A stretch of DNA of 64,000 nt from Phoronis australis. Its lineage: Eukaryota; Animalia; Phoronida. The notes under the pieces were generated by a model. That model made no database searches. It was not told the origin of the DNA and saw nothing but the letters and a program-made list of their open reading frames with translations. This document shows, piece after piece, positions 12,561-25,500 of this stretch. The DNA lies in NCBI GenBank assembly GCA_002633005.1, contig NMRA01000564.1:209812-273811 (forward strand). Reading direction: 5' to 3'. Positions within the stretch are counted from its first letter, which is position 1. Every line of letters starts with the position of its first letter. The translations under genes and the position numbers were made by a program.

Positions 12561-12844
12561 TTGTCCGTTGTAGATTTTGTATTAAGTGCAACAGACGACG
12601 ATTTCTGCTTGAGAACTGGTGTCATATTTCTACTGCACCTTGATTTACTGTGTCTTAATCGGTCAAGCAACCTACTGGAGTAATGGAAAATTCAAATTTC
12701 ATTCGCAAACGTCCGCTGTCACTTGGCTGCGATGGACAATCGGACAGTGCAGGCTTCAATGTTTCTGTCAATCTAACATCTGGTTCTGTTCTGATCATTC
12801 GCAGAACGGCATCCTGTGTTCGCCATTCGGTTTTGAGTGATCGA

Positions 12845-15020
12845 TCTTTGTTCTAATGTTGTACTTGAACTTGGAATTACTTTTGATCTCAAGATTGCGT
12901 GTTCGTGAACTTGGAATACTGTAAACTTGGCTATTCAGTAGTTTGTTAAGGCTCCATAGACAGTACATTCTTCAAACTATGATGGACTCGTTGTATACAG
13001 TCCTGGCATTTTTTCTTCTGGTAATTGTTTACATTATGACAACATTGACCTAGGCACATGATTTTGGCATCGTTCAATTCCTCGTCGTTATCATTCAAAA
13101 ATACACGAAAATGTTTCCCACCTCATCATCAAATTTCTGCTAGCACTATTTCCTGCTAGATACTGCCATGTTGAATAGAAGGAATAGTCTGGCAGCCAAA
13201 AACTGAAGTAATCCACTACCGTCACTCATATTTTGCAGAGCATCAGTCTTCCATAAGTTCAAACTGCCGAGGTCTATCGACCCTGGGCCCGAGCTACGTT
13301 TGTAAGGGTTCATATTCCTATGGTGGCCCTGGTACACATCCACTAACAAGATTCTGTGAAAAAAGAGGTTGTTTTTGAGGTCCAAATCTCTGAAAAGGGT
13401 ATCATTTCGTGGAAAAAATGAAATGCTGCCCCTTGTTGCTCCATGTTATCGCAGGAAAACTTTAGGGGGGATTTCACACTGGCAAACACTATTCATAATC
13501 GATGATGCTTTTTCATTTATTAGCAACAGGTGTCGCTGTAATCATGTTGGGGGAACATGACGGTGTTAACCAAGAAGTAGTGCGTATAGAAATATGAGGA
13601 TAAAATAGTGCGGAAATGCGATAGGGGACACATTCATATATTTTTAAAACGAGAGCTTTGGGCGGAATCGAATGATACTAAATTGTATGTGTAGGTCAAT
13701 GTCGTCATATTGTTAACAATTAGCTTTCTTCTTTTTTAGTCAAACAGTAAAACAGGGATATTCCATGTGCACAGTGGTAACCGATTTCCTGTTCAGCTCC
13801 TACCACAGGAGGAAGGCGCGTTGTGCATGCGTCATGGTTACTTTCTTTTACAGTGCTACAAGAAGTTGCTCTGTGGAATGTTGTTTAACATGGCTTCTGG
13901 TTGGTTAAAATAATGAAACCGACAAAACATTCAGTCATTCCCATTGGTTGAAATCTTGGAAACCCCTTTCTGTTTACTGTTGCGTAGTATGGCGACCACC
14001 TGGCTTTGGCTTGAATAGTTCCAATTTATTAAAACGAGCAGTGATTGAACAAAATCGAGAGAACCCCAATCCAGAGTCTTAAAGGCAAACATTGAGTAAA
14101 GGCTTGTGCAGGTAGTGGGAATGTGATCAGTAAACTTTAAACCAAGCATACGTATTGATGCCCACGCACAGAATTCCGTTTGTCATGTTTCCACAGGGCC
14201 ACTTTTCAGTATAGGTGGCGCTGTGTCAGAGGGTAGCGTCATGGTCAGCCTTACTGGTTTTTGCCAAATAATTCCCACTTCCACCTGTTTTCTTCCTATT
14301 GTAGTTTGCTTTAATATGTGCGCAGACATCTTAATTTCACAAAGTAAATAAACAAAATTTATGAATCAAATGTACTGCATGTCATCAATTTTTAAAACAT
14401 GGACGCAATCGCAAATTTTGAGGTGAATTACACGTGAAATCTCATTTTTGCGACTTCTTCCTATATGGTTCTTGTAAAATTACCACAATTCACAGTTCAT
14501 AGCAGCTTGAGAATTTTTAAAGGTCATATTGACGAGCTGTATGTTGCCAAAGAAGCCCTGCATGCGATTTGCTTTACATTAGGCTGTGTCTGTTTATTTT
14601 TTTACAACCAAGAACGTGAGAGAAGAAAGAATGCCGGGTTTGCATGTGACGTGTCCACATTTTGACGATTTTCCTTCCTATTTGGTAACCTAGGAATTTT
14701 GTTGGGTTGTATTTGGCGACTTGACGTGCTGTAAATGAAGTAAATTTTTAATCAAACTTGGGGTTTTGGCACCAGTTTAGTGCATTTATTCCAAGACTTA
14801 ACATACAAACTCCACACTGTATGGAAATGAACTTTTGAACACATACATGAATTTTGTAATTATTGTCCAGTTGTAATTTTCTGTTGTGGGGAACACTGAC
14901 ACTGGAATACCTGTTCTTTGCTTAGGCGCAAGCTTGAACTAGTAATTCCAAGTTCATGCATATGCGATCTTGAGATCATGTGTAATTACAAGTTCGAGCG
15001 CAATTATGATGACAAAATCA
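12845..15020. repeat. Inverted pair of a ~75-bp repeat (12858-12930 vs 14929-15003)
   Basis: gaacttggaattacttttgatctcaagattgcgtgttcgtgaacttggaatac matches the reverse complement of gtaattccaagttcatgcatatgcgatcttgagatcatgtgtaattacaagttc. Confidence 0.7.
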
Positions 15021-15054
15021 AAGAAATTCAAGGCAGTCCCAGTTCATAGTCCAA

Positions 15055-15600
15055 TAGAGATTTAACTCGTTTGGACAAAATAACAGTAATTAAGCCATGT
15101 ATTCTCTCTAAATTTGTTCACCCATTTGTGGCAATACAGTCCCCGCCACATTAAATGCTTAAAAAGTTAGAGAAACTATTTTATGATTTATTGTGGTATG
15201 GTAAAATGGATTAAATAGGTCAAAACACTTTTATTCAAGATATAAGATGACACATATTTACTCATTTATTTATTCACCAATAGTTTATTGGTTTTTGCAA
15301 GGTAACGCTAGATCTAGCGGTGAACTCTGGTCGAATATTTTGTCTCAAAATGCTTATTTTCTAGCTCATCGTACTTGTTTGCCTGTTATGAGATCTGGTC
15401 TAAGCAAGTGACTAACTTGTTTGAGAAAGAAATATTTTGTAATAATGAATTTTTAAGTAAACTTCCTGTCTAGAAAGAGCCACTGTGGTACAACTCGGAT
15501 CTCTTTTGTTGTTAAAAAAAGACATTTATATTATAGAAGATGGTGTGAGTACAATGTTGTATTTTTCTAGGATGTTTTAGTGGTAAATTAAAAACTTGCA
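15055..15600 (+). pseudogene. Degraded Tx1/L1-clade non-LTR retrotransposon ORF2 fragment
   Basis: Translation RDLTRLDKITVIKPCILSKFVHPFVAIQSPPH*MLKKLEKLFYDLLWYGKMD*IGQNTFIQD, and EPLWYN at ~15478. These resemble the post-RT region of Tx1-type ORF2; in-frame stops present. Confidence 0.65.
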
Positions 15601-16585
15601 AGTCTTTCTGAGGTACATTTGGGTTTTCTCCATCATTCACTGAATTTTTAGATGCATATCAATGCTCTGCGTTGCTCTAATGCTCTTCTTGCATCTAGCT
15701 GGTGCTATCGTCTTGTGTGTTGTTATATTTAAATCAGTTTTGTAAATTAAAAAATGTCAACTCTTGTGTTCCTGTTTTGTGCGAAATAAAACGAAATGTT
15801 GCGCCCAGAAAAGGACCTTGAACCAAGATTCCAAAAGAGTTCATCACCCTGATAAAGTGGAGGTCTTCACTTAGCTAATCAAGTTGCCATTTGATAGTGG
15901 TAATTTAGATAAAAGCAAAATGAAACAGAACTCGCTTAACCTAAAAAGTATACCCAGACTTCTATCAAGGGCAGAAATGCCTACACCCTTGTTCTGTTAC
16001 TAATGGGTTGTTAATTGCCAGTTAAGATTTAAAATTCTGGTTTTAAGCAGTTTTTGATTAGATAGAGGCTGAGACTGTGACATGCCTCTGTCCTCGAAGC
16101 AGGTCATTGGGATCTTTTCAGTTAGCTCTCATGAGTGTAATGATGTCGATTTGCCAAGGCTGCAGTACAAAGTACTTCTGTTGCTAAAATACTGCGGAAG
16201 GTACTTGGTTGTGTGGACCAACTGATGACGTGTGAAAGGCTATTACTCTCTCTTACTTGGCTTCTTGGGATTGTGAATTACCCTAATAATCAACCCTATT
16301 AAGGATATTCGAAAGTGTGGGTGCTAATTGACTACTAAAAATTCTTTTAGCACAGACGACTAGAATTTTTTATACCATGTGAACGTTTTCGGTCCTTGAT
16401 TCAGCGGCCTTCCTCAAACTGATGACTGTTGGACACCTGGACGTCTGAGAGCAAGGATTCTTTAGGAGTGCCTCTATGAACTATGAAATGACGGGTGTTC
16501 CATTGGTTCGTTGATTGCTTCAAGGCAGCTAAATAGGGTCCATACTGCAACTATCTAGAAGCAAAGGTCTTGACAAAGTCTCTTT

Positions 16586-16665
16586 CAGGGGTCCCATATT
16601 TTGAGAACCAGTTTGATGCCTGTTTTTCCGTGGATAAAACTGGTTCTCAAAATGCGGGACCTCTG
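16586..16665. repeat. 80-bp hairpin / minimal MITE
   Basis: CAGGGGTCCCATATTTTGAGAACCAGTTT ... AAACTGGTTCTCAAAATGCGGGACCTCTG: ~29-bp inverted arms. Confidence 0.8.
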
Positions 16666-16906
16666 TAAGTAACTTGTTGAGTTCTCAATGTTGTGCACTT
16701 CTGTTAGGTTCAGCGCAGTGTTACCTTCCCACATGTCAATGTCGAGATGAATTGGCATGCTACGACATTCATAAAAGGTTAATAGGTAACAGGGCTGTTT
16801 GTATCTGTGTTATAAGCTGGTTGCTGTTGTCAAATGAACACTATGTAATGTATGTATTTTGTATTACAGGTGTCCCAGAATGCAATGTCCAAAATGTGAA
16901 TGAATA

Positions 16907-19513
16907 ATGCATGGCCAACAGCAACAACAGCGACGTCGGAAGAAGCGACCGACTCCTGGTACACGAAATGTGGAGCTGGCTCGTGGCAAAACTGGTTATG
17001 GCTTCACGATTTCGGGTCAACAGCCATGTCTGCTTAGTTGTATCGTCAACAACAGTCCTGCGGAGAGAGCTGGCTTGAAAGCGGGAGATCTACTGTTGTC
17101 TGTTAATGGAGAGAATGTGTCGCGTGCTCCACATGATGATGTTGTGCGTTTGATTGGATCTTCAAGGGGAACACTGACATTGCAGATTGGGGAAAACACA
17201 AACACATCAGAGTCTTCTGATGAAGATTATCAGTTGGCGAAACACAAGGCGAAGTATCCCTATCGGGTACGTGCCAGATCGAACAATAGAAATGATAAGA
17301 CTTCACATGATTTAAACGCTGCTGGGCTATTTTCTGAGAAGCGTATTGCTCGAGAGCGAGCAGCCCGAAAGCCTCGTTCTCGTAGTCCCAGCTCACAGGA
17401 CAGGCTCTCAGGTAAAGAAAACGTGAAAGGTCCCCCTACGAAAAAGTTGTCAGATTCTGCTGGCAGATATTCTGATTATGATCAGAGAAGACATCATGGC
17501 CAACAAAGCAAGTACTACAGCGATTCAAACCAAGCTGGTCGAAGGCATGACAGAAGGTATGACCTGCCCCCTGGTGGGCACATCGCAGATTACGGATATC
17601 GCGATCACGTGGTAGCTCAAAATGCTCAGCTTGGACCTTCTAGAGATGTTCGGCCAAAAACCAACTACTACCAACCTGAACGAAAACGGCAGTTTTCCGA
17701 GGACACTCGTGTACGCATGATGAGTCCTCAACCTGTGGCCAGTAAACCTGTCTTGGTAGAGCATACTCTGCCCCGTAGCAACAGTACTCCGGACATCAAC
17801 AGTGTGGACCAAGGCGCTGTCGGCGGAGTGGGCATGGTCAATGCACAGGGTGCCCAGCCGTTTTCTCCTCAGGATCTGTCAAATATCCTGTACCCATCTC
17901 TTCAGCCGCAGGTCATGGGTTCGTCGTCAACGATCAGTGAAAATGAGTTGCCAACACTTCGTGTTATGGTTGGGTACGCTGGAACAATCGAGATACCATG
18001 CGATTCCAACTTGCCAACTTCTCGCCTCCAGTCTATTCGAAGCGCTGTGCGCCGCATGCGAGTAGAACAAAAAATACACACTCTGGTTCTCCTGGAGGCT
18101 TTTCCAGACGGTATACGTCTTACTAATGCTCAGGGCCTGACAATTGCTCATTACCCAGCTACACGGCTGGCCTTCAGTGGGCTTTCACCCGAGGATAAAA
18201 GATTTTTTGGCTTTGTGACGTTAAATCTCACTGAGCTTGATGAGATGAATGTTGACGCTCCTACGGAGGATGAAGAAAAAAGTAGTTCTTGTCACGTGTT
18301 TATGGTCAATCCAGAACTACGGGCCCACAATGCTCACGTAAAGAAAGCAAGGAGTTTCAGGATCAAATGTACACAAGATCCGGAAACGAAACGATGTTTG
18401 GAGTTTCCCAAGAACGCATCGCCCATTTTAAGGACAATATCCAAGCTATACCGTCATCATAATGGTTTGCTAGATGAGGGGGCCCGCAGAAGAGGTCACC
18501 ATCGAAGTCTCAGCAACTCCAGTAACAGTGATAGTGGTTTGGGCTTTCACCTGGAGGATGGTATGACTCATGTGAACCCTAACCGCGCTCACATTGTCAA
18601 CATGTACATGGACCAAATGTCTCACCCTGCAATACAGGCAACAGGTAAACATGCCGACTGGGACAATCGCCCAGTCTTGCAATATGTTGCACCTCCCACA
18701 GTGCCAGACAGCCACCAACGCCGAGAGACATTCCAAGGTGTGGGAGCATCAAATCCACCCCCACCTCCCCCTCCAAAAGGGGACACAAGTGCAGGCCCTT
18801 CATTAAATACTAGTGTGTTAAATCTGCGGGCCAGGCCTGACCCTGTCAGTAGTCCCAGTCCCAACAAACTACATCTCATAGAAGATCCTAACAGTGCCGA
18901 GAATCTGCGACGAAACATGCAGAGAATCTTGCAAAGCCGGCAACAGCAAAATATGTATCGTCCCGGTCTGGGCAGCGATATAGAGTCTGTGTGTAGTTCA
19001 CATGACATTGAGTCGGGGTCTTCCAAGAGGAGCTTGCCAGCGCAACGCCCCCTGTCGGCCCCCATAGAAAGCCACTTGAGGACGTCCCCTGTGGGATCTG
19101 GTGCACGTGCCTTTGAAGGATCAGGACGGGTCACGTCCAACCAGTTACAAATCCAGTCCATGGATCTAGCTACTAAGCTCAGTCCCCGTGCAATACTACC
19201 TGCAAATCAAAAACAATACAACCCACCCGTGCCTTCTGTGTTTTCTGCTAGTCACCAGCACCAGATTCCTTATTCAGGACCTGTTGGAAACACGTCCTCC
19301 AGACCGTCTCGTGCTCCAAATGGTATGCAGGTGACAGTTGACGTCCATTCTTCAGACACGAGCACTGACCAGGGAGTCAAGACAACATCGGTTAAAAACT
19401 TGGTTGCCCGATTTGAGCATGACAAACTTCCCATGGGTGGAGCCAAGCCAGCACTGGCGACCCAGCTGCAGAGACAGACCGAGGTCTTCATGAACCACTC
19501 GGATAGTTCACAG
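16907..19513 (+). CDS. RGS12: RGS12 large first coding exon: PDZ and PTB domains (acceptor at 16868-16869)
   Basis: PDZ: VELARGKTGYGFTISGQQPCLLSCIVNNSPAERAGLKAGDLLLSVNGENV. PTB: VMVGYAGTIEIP...LAFSGLSPEDKRFFGFVT...SCHVFMV. Donor CAG|GTATTA, 869 codons. Confidence 0.93.
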
Positions 19514-22500
19514 GTATTACAAATTTTTAGAATGACTGTTAAGAAACTAACTGCATCATCCCATACCACATGAACGTTTGCTGTCACTTAATTAAAACGT
19601 GTCTGAAAACTATTTATTAATTGGTGGAATGAAATTTCTCCAAGTCGTTTACTAAAATGTCTTCTTTTGTTTTGTTTCTATGTTCACGCCCTGTAGGTCA
19701 CATTTCAAATCAAAGTCAAAGTGGAATTTTCTCACAGCAAATGTCTTGTGAATGACTTGAACCCTAACGTTTTGGGATAAAATTGAATGCAAGATGGTGC
19801 TGTGGTGGCCATATTTTACTATTTTGTTTTGCAGAGCCATAGCTCTGCTTTCTCTGGAGGTCGGATTTTTGTTTGTGAATTGATCATTTCAAGAGCTTTC
19901 AGGAGTCTACCATTTGTTTTTTTCCTAACCTTGCCATTCTCGAGCTATCTGAGATTTTGCGATGACTGCTCTACAATTAATTAAACTTTTGTGCCATACC
20001 TTCGACGTCCCTTGTGGAATCTATGTAATTTGGTATGTAGATAGGTGGTTTCAAGTACTATCAGTATTGTGAAACACGTTTCTCGTTACGATTTACCTCT
20101 TTCGAGATATTCAAGATTGCTTAGATGATTGATTCCTTAATGCACGTTTAATGATTTATCATTTACTGTACGTTGGTGTAATAGGCATCGGGGTCATGGT
20201 TGTCATTATTCTTTGATGTCATTGCGACCTCACCTTTAAACGTTTATTTGATTTTGTCTAGAGTTGCTCCTCAGAAGACTCTCATGTTGCTTTTCCCTTG
20301 TTGCTGCAATCTTCCAGGTCTTGCAATTTCAGTTGTTTTCCTTGGCCACCTGTTTAGTGCTCCTAGCGTCACCTAGTGTGCAGTGTTCTTTCTCGAACAC
20401 ATCTAGAATGTCGCAAGAACGGAACCCATTAAGCCACTTTTTACCAACCACAGTTTGCAAAGGCAAAACCAGTATTTTTGCAGTGCCGTTTTATTGTGCC
20501 CACGTACACATACGTGTAGGTACGTGTTACCGTCATCTCTGTCTTGGTGTCTGTCATCTGCTCCCGTATTTCCAAAACTATTTGCAGGATTTTAAGATTA
20601 TGTAGGACACTACAAAAATATCCAAGTATGGCTAACTTTGGAACATCATATCTCAGCAATACATGCTTGCATTCACATGTAACTTTCAGATACTATGTCT
20701 TATGCATTTTTTTCCAAAATGTTAGAAAGTTTCTAAAATGTTTGGAAATAGACTGTACTTCCTGTGTTTTCATGAAAAAAATTCAAGTTGCATAAAACAA
20801 ATATGAAATGATAGTTAAGAAAACTGTAACAGCATCTTTGAAATCCTTGAACATTTATATCAATAATAAAATTTTACCATGTAATTGATATCAGTGTACC
20901 TTTCTTTTTGCTAAATTTTACTAAAAACGATCTTTGTGAATTTCGCAAGTATTTTCTTATAAATTTGATGATAACTGACCGTGACTTTTTGTTGGATCTG
21001 ACTAGCACTACGCCTCCTAGTGGCAATTTTATTTTTTACATTTGCCTTGACAGTTTTGCACGAAATTTCAAAAATAGTTTTTCGACAGATTTCCAGGGAA
21101 TGTAACAAATGGATTTTTAGTTAGGTGATGATGCCTTTCAATTTTCATACAGGTTCGACATATTCTGTACCATATCGTGGCCATTGAATCAACACCCCTA
21201 GATGCTTGACATTGGCACATTTCAATCACCTTGCTCTTGTTTGTTTTGCTAATGCTGCTTTTTAGTTGTGCCCCATCAGCCTCAGTTTGCTATACAACCT
21301 CCACAGTGGGGACATGGACCGAGTCTAAAGGTGCATTTAGCAATTTCTGATTAGGGTTGTCTGAATTTTCTTTTGTGTAGAGCATTGCTATGTATTGGGA
21401 ACTTCTTTGCCTCCTTAAGTTGTGCTGTAAGAGATAAAGCATAACTACAGATAGAAGCACAACAGTGTTGCTAAGCCTGGTTTAGTCTTATTCTAAAACA
21501 TGAGTCATGGATTCTTATGATACAAGTACAGCTGTACTGATGTTGACTTGGTCAGACTTTGGTTGTACATGTAGTTAGTCTAAATGACAAAAGGAGGTGT
21601 TGCAGTATGTAGCTGGAAGGCAAAATCTTTTTTTAATCTCTAATGTTACTGACAACCATTTGTCTTTATAATTTACTGGAATCTTGTAATAAGGGTTTTG
21701 CTTGGTTTTGATTTACTTGACATCCCTTATATGGTATTAACCCGAAGCAGCACTTTCCTCTACTCTATTTGCGCTGTCTATAACCAGCGAGGGCATTGCA
21801 ATAAGCAAGAAAATTAATAATTTATTCAGCAACTGATACCATAATGTAGTGGGAGAACGTCTCATTCATGGACAGGCAGTTAAAAGCTGTTGAAGGTTTT
21901 CAGACAGCAGACTTCCTTGAATGACAATGAACCAGGTAACGGTATGAAAGTTGCGTAACTCTAGAGTACTTTTCACTGTGAATATTTTGCGATATAACAG
22001 GATTTGCTATTTCTCCTCCGTTTCAAGTTTTGTAACTGGTCTACCATATGGTTTAGGATTTTTTATAATGAAATTTCTGGTTGGCAGGAGTTTGTGACAG
22101 TCACAGAAACTTTTAGCCGATGGTTTGATGCTTGAAATTGCTAGGAACGGGCTTACCGCCAAAACGAGGACCACTTACCGTTATCAAACTGGTCCTGTTG
22201 TTTTCCTTCATTATTGTTTGTGCTCTCTTTTATAAAGCTTGAGACTTTGCACTGTGGTGCGTAAATTAATGTGCGGGGTCTAGACATATTGTGGAGCCCT
22301 CTGTTGATCAACCACTGACACTGTTCATTCTTCATATCTCTTCCACTCACGCCCTAAAATCTCACAAATTGTAGATGTGGTATTGCGAAATTTTACTTTA
22401 TCGTGTTTTGAGCGTGCAGAATCTTCAATTCGGTTTGTAGTTATCAGTCACTTGAAGCAAATATGTACAATTAAGGTAAAATTCAAAACACGGGTGAGTG

Positions 22501-25500
22501 ATGCCCCAACTTGCAACAGTGCAAAGTAGCGGAATTGCAAAATTCTGACCAGGGGACAAATTACTTTTTGTCGTTGTGTAATTTGAAGTTAAGTACCATA
22601 ACAATCATCGGTTATGAGGAATTAAAAACATTCTCAACTATTTTTGAAACCTGTAAGAAATGAAAACGAAAAGTTTTGGCAATTGTTTTAGTCAAATTCA
22701 TCTTCTGGCCTTGGTGTATAGACAGCAAGACTCCGCTCGTAACTGACAGACATTTGGATGTGATTTAGCTAATTGCTTCAGAATTTCACTTTAATTTCAT
22801 TACAACCAACTAATGAATGGGGAGCGCTTTTAAAATGCCGCATGCCGCCATAACCTGGCCCCAGGGGCTCTGTGTTGAGCCTGAGCCATCAGAGTGCCAG
22901 TTAGACTGTTTTTCATTTAAACTTGGGAACTTGTGTTAGAATATTGAATCATGGTGGCTGAAGGTAAGACTACACTGATTTTCGTACTGAAATTCTATCG
23001 GGGAAATAGTTTTGAACAGCATCTTCCTGTGTGTCTTGAATACAACACTGTGTACGGTGTTCTTACTCAGATTATTCCCACTCACTTTCATTCCTTTTTA
23101 TCAATCATACCATGTACTATCCAAGGTGACTGGTAAAGCACATAATGGTAAGAAAAAAAGTAAAAAGGTATTACTGTTGAGCGCTGTGTGGAAAGCAATC
23201 CTCTCAAAAAACATGGGGGTCATTTTGAAAAAAATCTGACTATTTGGTTGTATGTTATAAACTGCAAAATTAGGTAAATTCTCCCGTCAGGAAAAATGTT
23301 TCTCCATTCAAAACTAGTGAAACCCATGTTTTCTGACAGTTTTCAGTGTTCGTTCATGAATGAATTTTGCCGTAGTCAAGACCCTTGTTTTGTTTTGTGG
23401 TTAGGGTAAAACCTTTGTAGAGGTTTTTGATATGGTGAAGGTCACGTCTCCAATGTACTCTGTGGACAGATGGAGCTCAAAAACAGTTCAATATCTGCTC
23501 TTTCTTCATTTTGCACACAACGCTGAGCTTTCCTGTGAGTCTGTACCTTGCTGTGAAGTGTTTGTTTCGCCTTCACGTGGTGATTTGGACAGTGAAAACT
23601 TATTTGTTAGAAATAGGAAATATTAGCTGCCGCAATTCAAGGATTACAGTCAACAATGAGGAATTATACATCTCAATAATATGAGTAATGGAAAGTTACC
23701 CATCGGAGTAGTCAAGTGTTTTGAATCCACTAGAGACCTTCATCAGACCTCTGTTTACGTCAGGAAATAAATTCATGTCATTGGGATGCATCAGTAGTTA
23801 TTTTGGAGCTGCCAAATGTACTCTCAGACTCCTAACTTGTTCCTCACTCAGATTAAAATGATTTCTGTGCTTGGGATGAACTACGTTTCTTATTGCTTTG
23901 CCACACTGGAGTTAAAATAATTAATATGTCCGACAGACCAAGTTATCCCGTCTGATCTCAGCGCTAACAAACTGTTGGCTCTCCATAAGTACAAGAATCG
24001 CTACTAATATGAATAACAAGTAATTCTGAGACGATTTTATAATGTGGTCCCCATCGGCCCAAGTCGGGATATTTTCATTTCAAGTCAACTTCCACCAAGT
24101 ATGATGTTGGTTTATGTTTTTTTTGACCATGTTTTACTCCTTATGGCATCGAATTTTATGTAGAATGCGTTGTGCTTTCCACTGCTGGGCCCAGAGGCTA
24201 GAATATTAAGTTTCTGTTTGAAAAACAGATTAGCTTGTTTATGAAAAACAAACTATGTACCTTGCAACCCTTTAATTAATTTCTGCTGAGATTTATGTAA
24301 GCTCAGGTTTTTACTGTAAATGCACTGTCGTAGGTCAAAGTTCAACATGGCACTTATTTTGTCTGGTTGTGTTTATTGCTCCTGGTGCCTGTGTTTAGGC
24401 TTGGTGGAGTTCTCAAAAAGGAAGAATTGTTGTTAAACCAAGGGTAGCAATCTCTCTTTGTCCTCATTATTATTTTAAATTACAGCTGCCATACAAAGCT
24501 TTCTATTCTTTGTTAGACCAATCTTGACTACATGAGTGCTGTATAGCTTGGCTTTACTATAAGTGTTTGACGATGGTGGTGTTATGAAGGGAGATTCAAC
24601 TAGTTGAATCTCTTGTACAGCATGTAAATGACCGTTAATGCTGTTGTGAAATTGTATACTTCGACACAGGTGAGATAAGGAAGGAGGGAGGACTTGTCTA
24701 TTAAAATATGTTGCCTGTGCTTGGTATTTGGGTATGAGTTGTGGTTTGATACTCCCAGATTTACCTTACAATTTCCCAGTTGATGATTTCATAAAGGGTG
24801 CCTTGTTAGGTCTGTTGAGTTGGCTGAAGGTAGGTGTCGCAATTAGTTGATCGCTGTGATGTCATATGTCAGGTCTGCCAAGTTGTATAGTGTACACCTT
24901 ACAGTTAGGGTTAAATGAAGGATCCTAGAAAAATGTCCAATTTTGTCCAAACTTCGAAAGGTCATATCTGAGAAATTTTTGGATCAGATTCACTTGAGAT
25001 GCCCAGACATTGCTTTATGCACTGTCCCCAAAACTGTTTGAGTTGTTTTTAAAGTGTTTTTTGCAATGAGTGCTATATATATAATCTGTAGAATTTGATT
25101 TTGGACTTTTTACTAATCTGCTATTAATTTTGCCCCATGAACATGTCTTTTTGGCAAAATTTAGCAAAAAAGAAAGAAACATTGATAGCAAAACAAAAGT
25201 ATCGCTAACTTGACCAAATTTCATTTGATGTAAGATGAAATCTCAAAAACCCTGTTACAGTTTTTTTATTTAGTATCATTCTGTTTCATGCAACTTTTGT
25301 TGATTTTTTCCAAGGAAAAGTCCTATTTTTGTTATCCCTTTGTGCAAAAATATAATTTGAAAACAACTCCTATCAGCGTTTTAGAGAACAGTCCACAAAG
25401 CGTAGCGTCTGAAAGTTTCATATGAATACGATCAGCTGTTTTTGAGATATGAAGTTTTTAATTTGGCCATATCTGGACATTTTGCTTTGGTCACGTGATC

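Noticed and set aside
16880-16906. Selenocysteine recoding of CPKCE-TGA into RGS12
   Set aside because: No SECIS element recognised and RGS12 is not a known selenoprotein; kept only as a uORF
19514-19573. End of the 888-aa ORF as a true stop of a standalone PDZ-PTB protein
   Set aside because: A donor at 19514 in phase with downstream RGS exons explains it as read-through into the intron; an intron-retained short form is not excluded but has no support
17017-19587. Multiple antisense and alternative-frame ORFs over the large RGS12 exon
   Set aside because: Expected shadows of a GC-richer coding exon; no independent motifs
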